This document shows positions 45,068 to 54,557 of a stretch of DNA of 64,000 nucleotides, in pieces. The translations under genes were made by a program, and so were the position numbers. The number at the start of each line of letters is the position of its first letter. The first letter of the stretch is position 1. Under the pieces are notes generated by a model. The model ran no database searches. It was given only the letters and a program-made list of their open reading frames with translations, and was not told the DNA's origin. The stretch covers positions 160,001 to 224,000 of the forward strand of contig CAVPLU010000004.1 in assembly GCA_963706285.1 (NCBI GenBank). Direction: 5' to 3'. The DNA comes from Candidatus Bathyarchaeota archaeon (lineage in GTDB: Archaea > Thermoproteota > Bathyarchaeia > 40CM-2-53-6).

Positions 45068-46111
45068 CTATTCTCCATTCAAGGTTCGATTGAGGGCAAG
45101 CAAGTCACTCAGGAGCGCATATCCGGCTGACTCTGCGCCCGCTCCAGGCCCAACTATTGCAACTTCCGGTTGCATGTCAGTTGACAAGATCATTGCGTTG
45201 AGCACTCCCGATACATGAGACAATAGGTCGCTTTCCTCCAGCCTATCAGGGATCACTTGTGCGCTAATTCGGCGTCCATCCCTCTCCGCTTTGGCAATGA
45301 GTTTGATCCTTTTCCCTTTGGCTCTCGCGTCGTTGATATCCTCGAGTGTGATTCCTGTTATTCCTTGCCTTCTCACTTCTGCGAGCTTGATCCTACCTTT
45401 CATTAGTACATTCGCGAGTATGGTGAGCTTTGCTGCTGAATCCCAAGCTTCTACATCACTGCTTGGATCAGCTTCCGCGTAGCCCTTATTCTGGGTCATT
45501 CTCAAAGCCTCCGCGTACGGCTTACCGGCTGCCATCTCGTCGAGTACGTAGTTCGTGGTTCCGTTCAAAATGCCTCGGATCGAATTTATTGTTGAACCAG
45601 CTAGGGCTTCCGTTGCTAAGCTTATCGCAGGAGTTCCGCTCAGAACAGTGCCCTCAAATTTGAGATTGCATTCATTTCGACGCGCTAAGGCAGCGAGTTC
45701 GTGATAAGCTAACGCGATGGGGCCTTTGTTCGTAGTCACCACGTGGAGGCCTTTGCCGAGGGCTTTCCTGATATGACTTAGTCCAGGCTCTCCATCTTTG
45801 AGGTTAGTCCATGTTGCTTCTACCAAGACATTTGCGTTCGTTCTTCCGATCGTCTCAAGAGCTGAAAGGCCCTTGGTTCCTTCCTTGTAGTCTGTTACAG
45901 ACCCCTTCTCTTGCACAGATGAAAGTAGCTTTCCAAGTCGAAGACCACTTTGGTTCATCACGGAGCCTTTGATGGTGTCTGCGACAGCCACGACCTTGTA
46001 GTCGAATCCAAACTGGCGCTTCAAATTTGCCTGTTTCTCCACTAAAGTCTTCGCAAGGCTCTGCGCAACTCTGCCAAAACCCACGAGGGCAATCCGGAAT
46101 TTCATGAACAA
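45068..46111 (-). CDS. hom: Homoserine dehydrogenase
   Basis: GFGRVA, TTNKGP, GILNGTTNY, GYAEADP..DVEAWD, GPGAG. Confidence 0.95.
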   Translation of the reverse strand: MFMKFRIALVGFGRVAQSLAKTLVEKQANLKRQFGFDYKVVAVADTIKGSVMNQSGLRLGKLLSSVQEKGSVTDYKEGTKGLSALETIGRTNANVLVEATWTNLKDGEPGLSHIRKALGKGLHVVTTNKGPIALAYHELAALARRNECNLKFEGTVLSGTPAISLATEALAGSTINSIRGILNGTTNYVLDEMAAGKPYAEALRMTQNKGYAEADPSSDVEAWDSAAKLTILANVLMKGRIKLAEVRRQGITGITLEDINDARAKGKRIKLIAKAERDGRRISAQVIPDRLEESDLLSHVSGVLNAMILSTDMQPEVAIVGPGAGAESAGYALLSDLLALNRTLNGE

Positions 46112-46140
46112 GCCCTCATCCTAATTCATCGCTGGAACGT

Positions 46141-47358
46141 TCAACTTTGCGAAAGCACCGCCATCACCGATTCTCGAGTCGGCTTCACGTTGACCATTCG
46201 CTCTGTAGAAACGCCTATCGCTTCCTGATCCTTCAAGCCATTGCCTGTCGTGATGCAAACAGTCTCCTCGTCAGCGTCAATGAGGCCTCCAGCTGCAAGC
46301 TTTCTAACGCCTGCTATGGCTGAGGCGCTTGCAGGTTCGACGAAGATGCCTTCTTTGGACGCGAGCATTTTTTGGGCATGAAGGATCTCATTGTCATTGA
46401 CGGTTTCAATCAGTCCTTTTGATTCCCTGGCGGCTGCAAGGGCTCTCTTCCAGTTGACGGGCGATCCTATCCTGATGGCAGTGGCGATTGTCTCTGGGTT
46501 TGCAGCTGGTTCGATGTAATCGAGGCCAAGCTTGAACGCTTTCGCAATTGGTGAAGCTCTTTCTGCTTGGATGCCTATTAGACGTGGAAGCCTATCCGCC
46601 AGCCCTAGGGCTCTGAGTTCGAGCAGACCCTTCCAGACCGCAGTAATATTGCCTGCATTCCCGACCGGAAGTACTATGACCTCCGGGAGACGGCGAAGCT
46701 GGTCATTGATCTCAAACACGACTGTCTTCTGCCCCTCGACTCTGAACGGGTTGACCGAGTTCAGGAGATATGGGCTTCCATCTTTCCGAGCTGCGTCGAC
46801 GACGAGGCGCATCGCATCGTCGAAGTTGCCATCAATCTCGATTATCTTTGCACTATGCACAACAGCTTGAGCGAGCTTCCCCGCCGCGATCTTGCCCGAA
46901 GGAATCATGACGAAACATTTCAGACCAGCCCTTGCCGAGTAAGCGGCAAGGGACGCCGAGGTGTTACCCGTTGACGCACACATCGTCGAGTCTGCGCCGA
47001 GTAGGAGTGCTTTCGTCACGCCGATAGTCATACCTCTATCTTTGAACGAGCCGGTTGGATTCTCGCCCTCGTTCTTGACATGAAGCCGTTTCACCCCTAG
47101 AGTGCTCGCGAGACGTCGGCATTCGTGAAGTCCAGTGCCGCCTTCTCCAAGCGAAATGATATCGGCGCTTACGTCGATTGGTAAGACCTCGCGGTATCGC
47201 CATACACCGAGTTCTCTAGCGCTCCAGCCCCTAATGTCCAGATCTGCCATGTCGACAAGCTTGATCTCAAGCAGGCCACCGCATTTCCCGCATACGTATG
47301 CGCGTTCGTTCAGATTATGTAAGGTTCCACATTCAATGCATTCCATTGTGTGCTCCAT
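46141..47358 (-). CDS. thrC: Threonine synthase
   Basis: CIECG..CGKCG, SLGEGGT, NPTGSFKDRG, ASTGNTSAS, PVGNAGN, EPASA, TGNGLKD. Confidence 0.95.
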   Translation of the reverse strand: MEHTMECIECGTLHNLNERAYVCGKCGGLLEIKLVDMADLDIRGWSARELGVWRYREVLPIDVSADIISLGEGGTGLHECRRLASTLGVKRLHVKNEGENPTGSFKDRGMTIGVTKALLLGADSTMCASTGNTSASLAAYSARAGLKCFVMIPSGKIAAGKLAQAVVHSAKIIEIDGNFDDAMRLVVDAARKDGSPYLLNSVNPFRVEGQKTVVFEINDQLRRLPEVIVLPVGNAGNITAVWKGLLELRALGLADRLPRLIGIQAERASPIAKAFKLGLDYIEPAANPETIATAIRIGSPVNWKRALAAARESKGLIETVNDNEILHAQKMLASKEGIFVEPASASAIAGVRKLAAGGLIDADEETVCITTGNGLKDQEAIGVSTERMVNVKPTRESVMAVLSQS

Positions 47359-47555
47359 TCGCCATTTACTCCTTGTCGCTTGAGACCGACACGGAAGGCA
47401 TCGATGTCGTCCAACATGAACTGTCGTTGGCGCGAGAACTCGAAAGGGCAGTTGAGTTTTGATTAGAGCACATTTTCAGTCACAATCCAATTCATCAGGA
47501 CGCCGATCAGCGAGAAGGTAACTCCGAGGATTTCAGGAGCACCGTGCTGTTCGGC

Positions 47556-47624
47556 TCAGCTAGTGCTATGCGTTGTCACTTCAGATGTGACTGTTGTCGA
47601 CGTGCTGGGAGTAGGAGTGGGCAA
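47556..47624 (-). CDS. Putative Thr-rich leader peptide MPTPTPSTSTTVTSEVTTHSTS (22 aa, 9 Thr), thrL-like
   Basis: TTG start 5 nt after the GAGGTG SD (47630-47635); TATA TTTTATTA upstream; same strand as thrC, ending ~200 nt before it. Confidence 0.7.
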   Translation of the reverse strand: MPTPTPSTSTTVTSEVTTHSTS

Positions 47625-47660
47625 CGCTGCACCTCGGCCGTCCAGTTGTCGATCAACACG

Positions 47661-47668
47661 TAATAAAA
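47661..47668 (-). promoter_or_regulatory. TATA box for the leader-thrC transcript
   Basis: GGCAAG-TTTTATTA on the minus strand, predicting a start site near 47640, just 5' of the SD. Confidence 0.6.
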
Positions 47669-47773
47669 CTTGCCCAGGGGGTCGACGCATTTCAAAATCA
47701 GCTGACGAATGCAAATCGCGAGCGAGCTGGCCGCCGAATAATCCTCTGAAACGGGATCTTTGGATCTATGTTC

Positions 47774-49279
47774 CTATGTGGAGGGTTGTGCACGTGCGTC
47801 ACTAGCGCTGTCCGCTTCTTCCACGCTCCAAGCTCTCTCGATGCCCTTACGGCGATAGATGAGCAGTTTCACGCGGTTCATCACGTACGCAAGGAAGACA
47901 TGTTCCTGATGGTAGGTTCTATCGAGGATTGCCTCTTCGGATAAGAACGCTGTCTTCAATTCGTCCAGCTCTCTCTTGGGCGAGAAGAAGGCATATACTG
48001 GAACTCCAACCGCCAACAAGACTAGCGAGACTAGGATCTGCTGCTCAGCAACTTGCGTCATCAACACAAGCGAGAAGATGACTGTGAGCGTTGGGACTAG
48101 TAGTTTCGCTGTTTTCTTCTCGCTCAGTTTTGGATGTTTTTTCTCCAACAAGTATGTGGAGATGCCTGTTGCGAGATACGCGAACGATAGAAGGAAGACG
48201 GAGCTGTTGATCAGTGTCGATAGTGTGCCAATCACGCTTGCAATGAATGCTGTTGCACACAGAAGAGCCAACCCAATGTAGGGTGTGTGAAAAGAACTGT
48301 GCAACCTGCTGAACAGCCGAGGGAGTAAGCCGTCGGTCGACATTGCAAAAGCCAATCGCGATGTCCCTATTGTTCCTGACTCATCCGCCCCCATTATCGA
48401 GACCAACGCTCCAACACCCACGATTATACTCCCAACCCATGCCAAACTGGGCGATAGACTGAACACATTCGCGCCTGCCACGGTCAATGGAGCTGGTGAA
48501 GACACGAGCGTCGCTTGATCGACAACGCCAACTATCACGAAGTTTGTGACGAGATAGAAGCAAGTGACAATCATCATGCCCACTGCTATGGCTTTTGGAA
48601 TGGTTCGCCTCGGGTTCTGTATTTCGTCAGCGGGCAAAGTGCAAAGCTCGAAACCGGCATAGGCCCAAAAGATCAGCACCAGTGCTTGTCCCACATTTCG
48701 TAGGTCGCCCTTGAAAAAAGGTTGGAAGTTGGAGAATGCAAGCTCGTGACGTAATCCCATGAACAATAATCCTGAGACCATCAAGAGGAGGAGTGGGCCG
48801 AGTTTCCCCAGTGTCAAGATGTCATTGAATTTGCCCGCCGACTTAACCCCGACTACGTTCGTTATGAAAATAATTGCGATGAATAGTCCTTTCAACAAAA
48901 TCTGAGAAAACGTATCCAAGTTTGGAATGAATGCCAGAAAGTACTGAGTGAAGGCTACGGGGAAGACAGCTAGGGAGAACCACTCAGCAAGCAGAAGCGC
49001 CCAACCAACGAGGAATCCAGGGAACGGACCGCCCACATTCTTTGCATACGCGTACGGTCCGCCAACCCTTGGCAAAATAGTGGCACAGTAAGAGAAAGAG
49101 AGAGCGATTACAATCGCCATGACGCCTGCAATTACCCAAAGCACAAGCGACGCCGGGCCGACGAGTCTCGCGCCGAGCGCTGCTGCCACATATATGTCAG
49201 CTCCAATGATGGAGCCAACCACGAGATTCGTAACGTCAAAGGTATTCAGCCGTCGTGTTAGATTGATTTTGCCACTCAA
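47774..49279 (-). CDS. APC-family amino acid permease
   Basis: VVGSIIGADI, GGPYAY, FWAYAGFE..EIQNPRRTIP, SRLAFAMSTDG; ~12 TM; TTG start inferred. Confidence 0.9.
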   Translation of the reverse strand: MSGKINLTRRLNTFDVTNLVVGSIIGADIYVAAALGARLVGPASLVLWVIAGVMAIVIALSFSYCATILPRVGGPYAYAKNVGGPFPGFLVGWALLLAEWFSLAVFPVAFTQYFLAFIPNLDTFSQILLKGLFIAIIFITNVVGVKSAGKFNDILTLGKLGPLLLLMVSGLLFMGLRHELAFSNFQPFFKGDLRNVGQALVLIFWAYAGFELCTLPADEIQNPRRTIPKAIAVGMMIVTCFYLVTNFVIVGVVDQATLVSSPAPLTVAGANVFSLSPSLAWVGSIIVGVGALVSIMGADESGTIGTSRLAFAMSTDGLLPRLFSRLHSSFHTPYIGLALLCATAFIASVIGTLSTLINSSVFLLSFAYLATGISTYLLEKKHPKLSEKKTAKLLVPTLTVIFSLVLMTQVAEQQILVSLVLLAVGVPVYAFFSPKRELDELKTAFLSEEAILDRTYHQEHVFLAYVMNRVKLLIYRRKGIERAWSVEEADSASDARAQPST

Positions 49280-49488
49280 ACCATTCCACTCGGCGCCGGC
49301 AAGTGAACCAAGTAAGTATCGATGTGCCGCTACTAAAGTATCAGATTCCACTGTGTAATAATCTACAAAGCACAGGCATGGTGGGCCACGAATGTATTTG
49401 TACTTGTTACGTCAGGATACAGTCATTCAGAATGATGTACTATGAACTCTCGACCGATGAACCAGCACCAATCCGGTGAGCATCACGC

Positions 49489-50274
49489 ATGAGATCAAAG
49501 CTGCGAGCCGAGATCAAGCCTGAACGCCCTTGCATGGTTACGGGATTGCCTGGAGCCGCGGGCGTCGCGAAACTATCAGCTGACTACCTCGTCAAACAAC
49601 TTGGCGGGGAGCTATTCGAGGAATTGTATTCGGACGCTTTTCCACCACATGTTCTCATAAGGAAAGACGGAACCGTCGAACTCCTGAGGAACGAACTCTA
49701 CTACTGCAAGAACGCCAAGTCCAAGAATGATCTCATAGTCTTCACCGGCAACACGCAAGCCGTCTCCTCCGAAGGCCAGTACGAAGTCGCCAACGAAACC
49801 ATATCCCGCGCGAAGAAGCTTGGCGTTGTGAAGCTGTTCGCGACCGCCGCCTATGTTGTTGAGAAGCCAGTAGAGACACCAACAGTTCACGGAGCGGCCA
49901 GTGACACTGGTCTGATTGAAGAATTGAAACAGTTCGGCGTGGTTCCGATGGATACTGGCAGCATCACGGGAACAAATGGGTTGCTGTTTGGACTTGCAAG
50001 TCTTCAGAACATTCCAAGCGTATGTCTGCTCAGTGAGACTCCTGCTTACACAACGCCGACCGGGCGTTTTGTGGTCGACGCAAAGGCCACGAAGGCGTTG
50101 CTGGAGGTGTTGACGAAGATGCTAGGCATCGATGTGGACATGAAACCTTTGGACGATGAGGCGAAGCTGAGCGAGGAGTTCATCCGACGAATGGAAGAGA
50201 TCGAACAACGGACAATTGACGAAGTCCGCAAAGCTGCGGCGTCACGAGCACCCAAGGAGCAAATGTACACCTAA
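49489..50274 (+). CDS. PAC2-family proteasome assembly chaperone/activator with C-terminal HbYX motif (MYT)
   Basis: GLPGAAGVAKLSADYL, TGNTQ, GSITGTNGLL, CLLSET, VDAKA. Confidence 0.88.
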   Translation: MRSKLRAEIKPERPCMVTGLPGAAGVAKLSADYLVKQLGGELFEELYSDAFPPHVLIRKDGTVELLRNELYYCKNAKSKNDLIVFTGNTQAVSSEGQYEVANETISRAKKLGVVKLFATAAYVVEKPVETPTVHGAASDTGLIEELKQFGVVPMDTGSITGTNGLLFGLASLQNIPSVCLLSETPAYTTPTGRFVVDAKATKALLEVLTKMLGIDVDMKPLDDEAKLSEEFIRRMEEIEQRTIDEVRKAAASRAPKEQMYT

Positions 50275-50311
50275 CGGATGCTGCGATGACGTGTGCCTGG
50301 AGGAATCTAGA

Positions 50312-51007
50312 ATGACTGAGCTCGTTGGAATAGTTGCGTCACGGGGTATGCGGTCAATTGGAATAGTCGCAATCGATTATCTGATCAAGAAGCTCCAACC
50401 GAAGCTGATTGATGAGCTATACTCTACACATTTTCCGCTAATCCATGAGACGCAGCCCTCCTACGCTGCGCATCCAGACTACTCGGGCACACCAGGCATC
50501 TGGCTACAGAAGATCGGCGCAGCACTTCCAAGGATCGAATTCTATCTTTCCGACTCGCCTCGGCTTCTGCTGACAAGGGGGTATCATGCGAACTTTCAGG
50601 GACAGTACGAGGTCGCTGAGCAGGTCTTGGATATCTATGAGAAGCACAGCGTGAAACGACTATTCGTGTTGGCTGGATACGGGGTGGGCGAGGGCGAAGT
50701 TTGCTGCGCCGCAACCGACCCTGAACTCATAGAAGAGCTCAAGAAACATGACATCGGAACAGGCTACGAGGGGCCATTCATGGGCTTCTCAGGTCTTGTT
50801 CTCGGTCTTGCGAAGCTCCGAGCCATACAGGGAGTATGCCTGTTCGGTAGAAGCCAGCCGAGCGTCGAGGATCCCGAATATCCAGACCCCAGGGCTGCGA
50901 AGAAAGTCTTGGAAACGCTCAGTCGAATTCTTGATCTCAACATTGACCTTTCAGGATTCGATGAAACCAAAGCAAGCCAACCCGAGTCGGCCGTGATTGG
51001 CTCGTAA
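50312..51007 (+). CDS. PAC2-family protein, second paralog without HbYX
   Basis: GMRSIGIVAIDYL, GFSGLVLG, CLFGRS..PDPRAA. Confidence 0.85.
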   Translation: MTELVGIVASRGMRSIGIVAIDYLIKKLQPKLIDELYSTHFPLIHETQPSYAAHPDYSGTPGIWLQKIGAALPRIEFYLSDSPRLLLTRGYHANFQGQYEVAEQVLDIYEKHSVKRLFVLAGYGVGEGEVCCAATDPELIEELKKHDIGTGYEGPFMGFSGLVLGLAKLRAIQGVCLFGRSQPSVEDPEYPDPRAAKKVLETLSRILDLNIDLSGFDETKASQPESAVIGS

Positions 51008-51108
51008 CTCGATGGAAAAAGTTCGGCTTCAACCTAGTTTGAAGCCGATTGTTCGCATGACGTTCATGTCGAGGGGGCCTTGTATCGAGTCTGGGTCGTC
51101 TCATACCC

Positions 51109-51432
51109 TCAGCCTGGCGGCGAGGTTTTGGCGAGTCTGACATAGTTCAATCTGAGATCGGCCACAAGCCCTTCCAGTCGTCGTTTCTCATCCTCAGGTA
51201 GGTGAGGTTGAAGCTTTTCCGCTAGAAAACCGGTGGTGTCAATTGCGACGCGAGCCTGGTCGAAGTCTGCCTGGACCTTGTCAGTTCCAGGTTTTGCTCT
51301 GAGACCCATAGTCTGCCACGCCTTCTCGGCGAGTATCCCGAGAAAAAGGCCAAGCAGCGAGTACGTGTCGAGCGATCCAATATCCATCATCTCCGGCGGT
51401 CGGTTCTTTGCATCATGATTTTCTTCACTCAT
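51109..51432 (-). CDS. DUF1844-family protein
   Basis: AWQTMGL..DFDQARVAID..LRLNYV. Confidence 0.8.
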   Translation of the reverse strand: MSEENHDAKNRPPEMMDIGSLDTYSLLGLFLGILAEKAWQTMGLRAKPGTDKVQADFDQARVAIDTTGFLAEKLQPHLPEDEKRRLEGLVADLRLNYVRLAKTSPPG

Positions 51433-51637
51433 CGGCAGACACTCACAGTGGGTAACTGCTCAGTTATCGAACAGAAATCTAGAGTTCTGATGGATTAACG
51501 TTTTCGGCCAAGTCCCTTCTGAGAATAGGGCAAATCTGGCGCTCGTCTTCTGCCGTTGGTACTGCAAGCCGAATCTGTGATATTCAGCAAAATCAATATG
51601 CTAGTCACGACCTCGGCAAGAAATGAGTTGACACGCT

Positions 51638-52342
51638 ATGAGCGCCCCAGATGACTACATTCTCGAAGTCTCGGGCCTAAGCGTGAAGGCTCAGGATCAG
51701 ACTATTCTTGACGACATCAGTTTCAAGGTCAAGCGAGGCACGACTCTGGCAATTGTGGGACCAAACGGCGCAGGCAAGACAATGCTCTTCAGGGCACTGC
51801 TAAAGCTCGTGCCCTATACTGGCGAGATCAAATGGGCACAGGGCGTGAGGATAGGCTATGTACCCCAGAAACTCTCTGTAACTGACATACCGATTTCCGT
51901 CAGAGAATTCCTATCATTCAGAAGATCTTCCGGCATCGAGAAATCCCTTCAAAGCGTCGGCCTGGATCCCAAGACTGTCTCAGACAAAGCGTTGGGAGTT
52001 TTGTCGGGTGGCCAACTGCAGAGAGTACTCATTGCATGGGCTGTGATTGACGAGCCAAACGTTCTCCTGTTCGACGAGCCAACCACTGGTGTTGACTTGG
52101 ACAGTGAAGAGGCCGTCTACGAGATGCTGAACACGCTGGAACATGAGCATGGAATCACGGTGCTTCTCATATCCCACGACGCGCACGTGATCAGAGACTA
52201 CTCAGAACACATGCTAGCCTTAAACAGGAAGGTAATCTGTTACGATGAATCAGACGAGATAACTAAGCCTTCAGTTCTCCACGCGATCTACGGTCCCGGG
52301 ACGTCGTTGAAGCGACGCAAAGAAAGGAAGCGGCCACAGTGA
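51638..52342 (+). CDS. Mn/Zn ABC transporter ATP-binding protein (ZnuC-like)
   Basis: GPNGAGKT, IGYVPQK, LSGGQLQRV, DEPTTGVD, ISHD. Confidence 0.9.
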   Translation: MSAPDDYILEVSGLSVKAQDQTILDDISFKVKRGTTLAIVGPNGAGKTMLFRALLKLVPYTGEIKWAQGVRIGYVPQKLSVTDIPISVREFLSFRRSSGIEKSLQSVGLDPKTVSDKALGVLSGGQLQRVLIAWAVIDEPNVLLFDEPTTGVDLDSEEAVYEMLNTLEHEHGITVLLISHDAHVIRDYSEHMLALNRKVICYDESDEITKPSVLHAIYGPGTSLKRRKERKRPQ

Positions 52343-53124
52343 CATCGGTTTTGGTTCTCAGTCTAACAATTGGCATCTTCGTTGGCCTGTCAGCTGGCTA
52401 CCTAGGTTCGCTAATGGTGCTGAAGAGGATGGCACTTGTCGGCGACGCGCTATCGCATGTTGCCCTACCCGGCCTTGCACTAGGTATCCTATACCACTTC
52501 AACCCATTCATCGGCGCTTTCGCATTTCTCTTTGGCTGTGCGCTCGTAGTATGGCACGTTGAGAGAATCACGAGGCTATCTATCGAAACGATCGTCGGCG
52601 CCATGTTCACGCTGGCACTGGCGGTCGGAATACTGATAATTCCACAACCGGATCTGCTTGAAGCTCTTTTCGGCGATATCACCAAGGTTACGCTGATAGA
52701 TGCTGCTGTGGCAGTGATCGTGGGCACCTTTGCTGTACTAGTCACGAGGGCGGTCTACAAGAAACTGGTCCTCGGTATGATCTCCGAGGAACTCGCCATA
52801 TCAAGCGGCATAAATGTCGCTAGGACGAATCTCGTGTATCTTCTACTTGTGTCACTCGTGGTCGCAATAGGAATCAAGATCGCCGGTAGCCTCTTGGTGG
52901 GCTTTCTAGTAATAGTGCCAGCCGCAACCGCAAAGAACGTCAGTTCAAACCTCTTCAGATACGCTGTGCTGAGCTCGACCTTCGGCATAATCAGCTCGTT
53001 CTCAGGGGTTCTATTGGCTGATACTCTCACGTTGCCATCCGGACCGCTGGTCGTACTGTCAGGTGTCGTAGTATTCATGACCACCATTGTGATGAAGTGG
53101 GTTTCGACGAGTATTCGTCGCTGA
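52339..53124 (+). CDS. Mn/Zn ABC transporter permease (ZnuB-like)
   Basis: RMALVGDALSHVALPG, LFGDI, PAATA, LPSGP. Confidence 0.92.
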   Translation: MTSVLVLSLTIGIFVGLSAGYLGSLMVLKRMALVGDALSHVALPGLALGILYHFNPFIGAFAFLFGCALVVWHVERITRLSIETIVGAMFTLALAVGILIIPQPDLLEALFGDITKVTLIDAAVAVIVGTFAVLVTRAVYKKLVLGMISEELAISSGINVARTNLVYLLLVSLVVAIGIKIAGSLLVGFLVIVPAATAKNVSSNLFRYAVLSSTFGIISSFSGVLLADTLTLPSGPLVVLSGVVVFMTTIVMKWVSTSIRR

Positions 53125-53204
53125 ACCGATGCTGCCTGACTACGAATGGTCTCCCCGAGCATCCCTCATCCAAATTATGCCAGTGGACCGGACGTATTCG
53201 CTTG

Positions 53205-54557
53205 TCAGGATTCTTTGGAGTCTTCGATCTCTAAGGGACAACCCGCTCCACACACGGGTAATTCAGTACAATCCTCGCAATCTTTGGGGGCGTACGCGTG
53301 GGTTCTCAGTTGCTTGGATAGTGGATGGTTCCAGATTGTTTTCCAGTCGGTTTCTAGGAATTTGCCGAGGCTTTGGAAGTAGCTCTGACATGGGTATACG
53401 TCGCCTGTGGGCCCTATGCACATGTTCATCCCGCTTGCTGTGCAGCTCTTCACTCCCAGTCCCAGACTGACCGGGTTGAGTTCACAGTACCGCGTAGGCG
53501 TGTACCAAAGGAAGCCCATGCTCAAATCAGAGGCCTTCTCCTGCACCTTTGCGAGAAGGCTCTTCAGTTCGCCTGGCTTCAGAGCGTTGTCTTCAGCAAA
53601 TAAGGGACCTTTGCCTGAGTGTATCAGGCCGTTGCATCCGAACGCTCTCACGCCTAAGCTGTGCACAAAGTCCAGTGTATCGAGGAAACCCGCTGCATTG
53701 AGCCTGGTTAGTGTTGTGTTGGTTGTTGTGTAGATCGTTGTCGGGATCAAGTTTCTGATTCCTTCAATCGTTTCTCGCCAGCTCCCCTTGGATTCTGTCA
53801 TCTGGTCGTGGATCTTGGGATTGCTCGACTCAAGCGTGACTTGAGCAAAGTCGAGACCAGCTTTCTCGAGGATGGAGACGAAGTCTCTTTCTTTGAGCCT
53901 GCGTCCGTTGGTCACGAGACCTGTGACGATCCCGATCTTCTGTGCATGCGCGATGAGTTCAGGTAGATCTTCGCGAAGCGTAGGCTCACCGCCGGTGAAT
54001 GTAGCTATGAAGATGCCCAGCTCCTTCATCTTGTCTAGTACGCGTTTCCAATGTTCGGTGTTCATCTCCTCAGTCTCGTGTGGTCCTCCGGCGTAGCAGT
54101 GGGGGCAATCGTTCTGGCATCGGAACGTCAGTGCCAGATCCATTCTGATCGGGGCTGAGAGATCTTGGCTGAATGGCTCAACTTTCTCTACGCCTAGGTA
54201 TGATATTGGGCAGACCTCTTGCGTTTGTGCGAGTGTGCTGATCGCGTAGATCAGTCTCTCATGATCTTTCCTTGCAGTTTCTTCGCTGACTCTATACGTG
54301 CTCCGAATACGATGAGTCGCTTTCTCAGTGGACATACCTTGCATGAAATAATAGACGTGAGTCGTCGCCGTCTCGTTCAGGTATAGGACAGTCTTCGCAT
54401 TTATCGCCAAGACGCCCTTTCCATCGCTCTCGACACGTAACTGAAGCGCCATGCGGCTGAACTTGTCACGTCCACGGTAGTAGTAGAGTCCAGGTGGAGC
54501 GTGAGTCTTTCTCAGCCATGATGGAATTCGAATCCTTGATCTGTCCTTAGTTCTCAT
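53205..54557 (-). CDS. Radical SAM/SPASM protein with N-terminal PqqD/RRE-like domain
   Basis: CQNDCPHC, FTGGEP, VTNG; SPASM C..GDVYPC..CEDC..CGAGC; N-terminal VLYLNETA plus helical bundle; ATGA overlap with the upstream stop. Confidence 0.9.
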   Translation of the reverse strand: MRTKDRSRIRIPSWLRKTHAPPGLYYYRGRDKFSRMALQLRVESDGKGVLAINAKTVLYLNETATTHVYYFMQGMSTEKATHRIRSTYRVSEETARKDHERLIYAISTLAQTQEVCPISYLGVEKVEPFSQDLSAPIRMDLALTFRCQNDCPHCYAGGPHETEEMNTEHWKRVLDKMKELGIFIATFTGGEPTLREDLPELIAHAQKIGIVTGLVTNGRRLKERDFVSILEKAGLDFAQVTLESSNPKIHDQMTESKGSWRETIEGIRNLIPTTIYTTTNTTLTRLNAAGFLDTLDFVHSLGVRAFGCNGLIHSGKGPLFAEDNALKPGELKSLLAKVQEKASDLSMGFLWYTPTRYCELNPVSLGLGVKSCTASGMNMCIGPTGDVYPCQSYFQSLGKFLETDWKTIWNHPLSKQLRTHAYAPKDCEDCTELPVCGAGCPLEIEDSKES

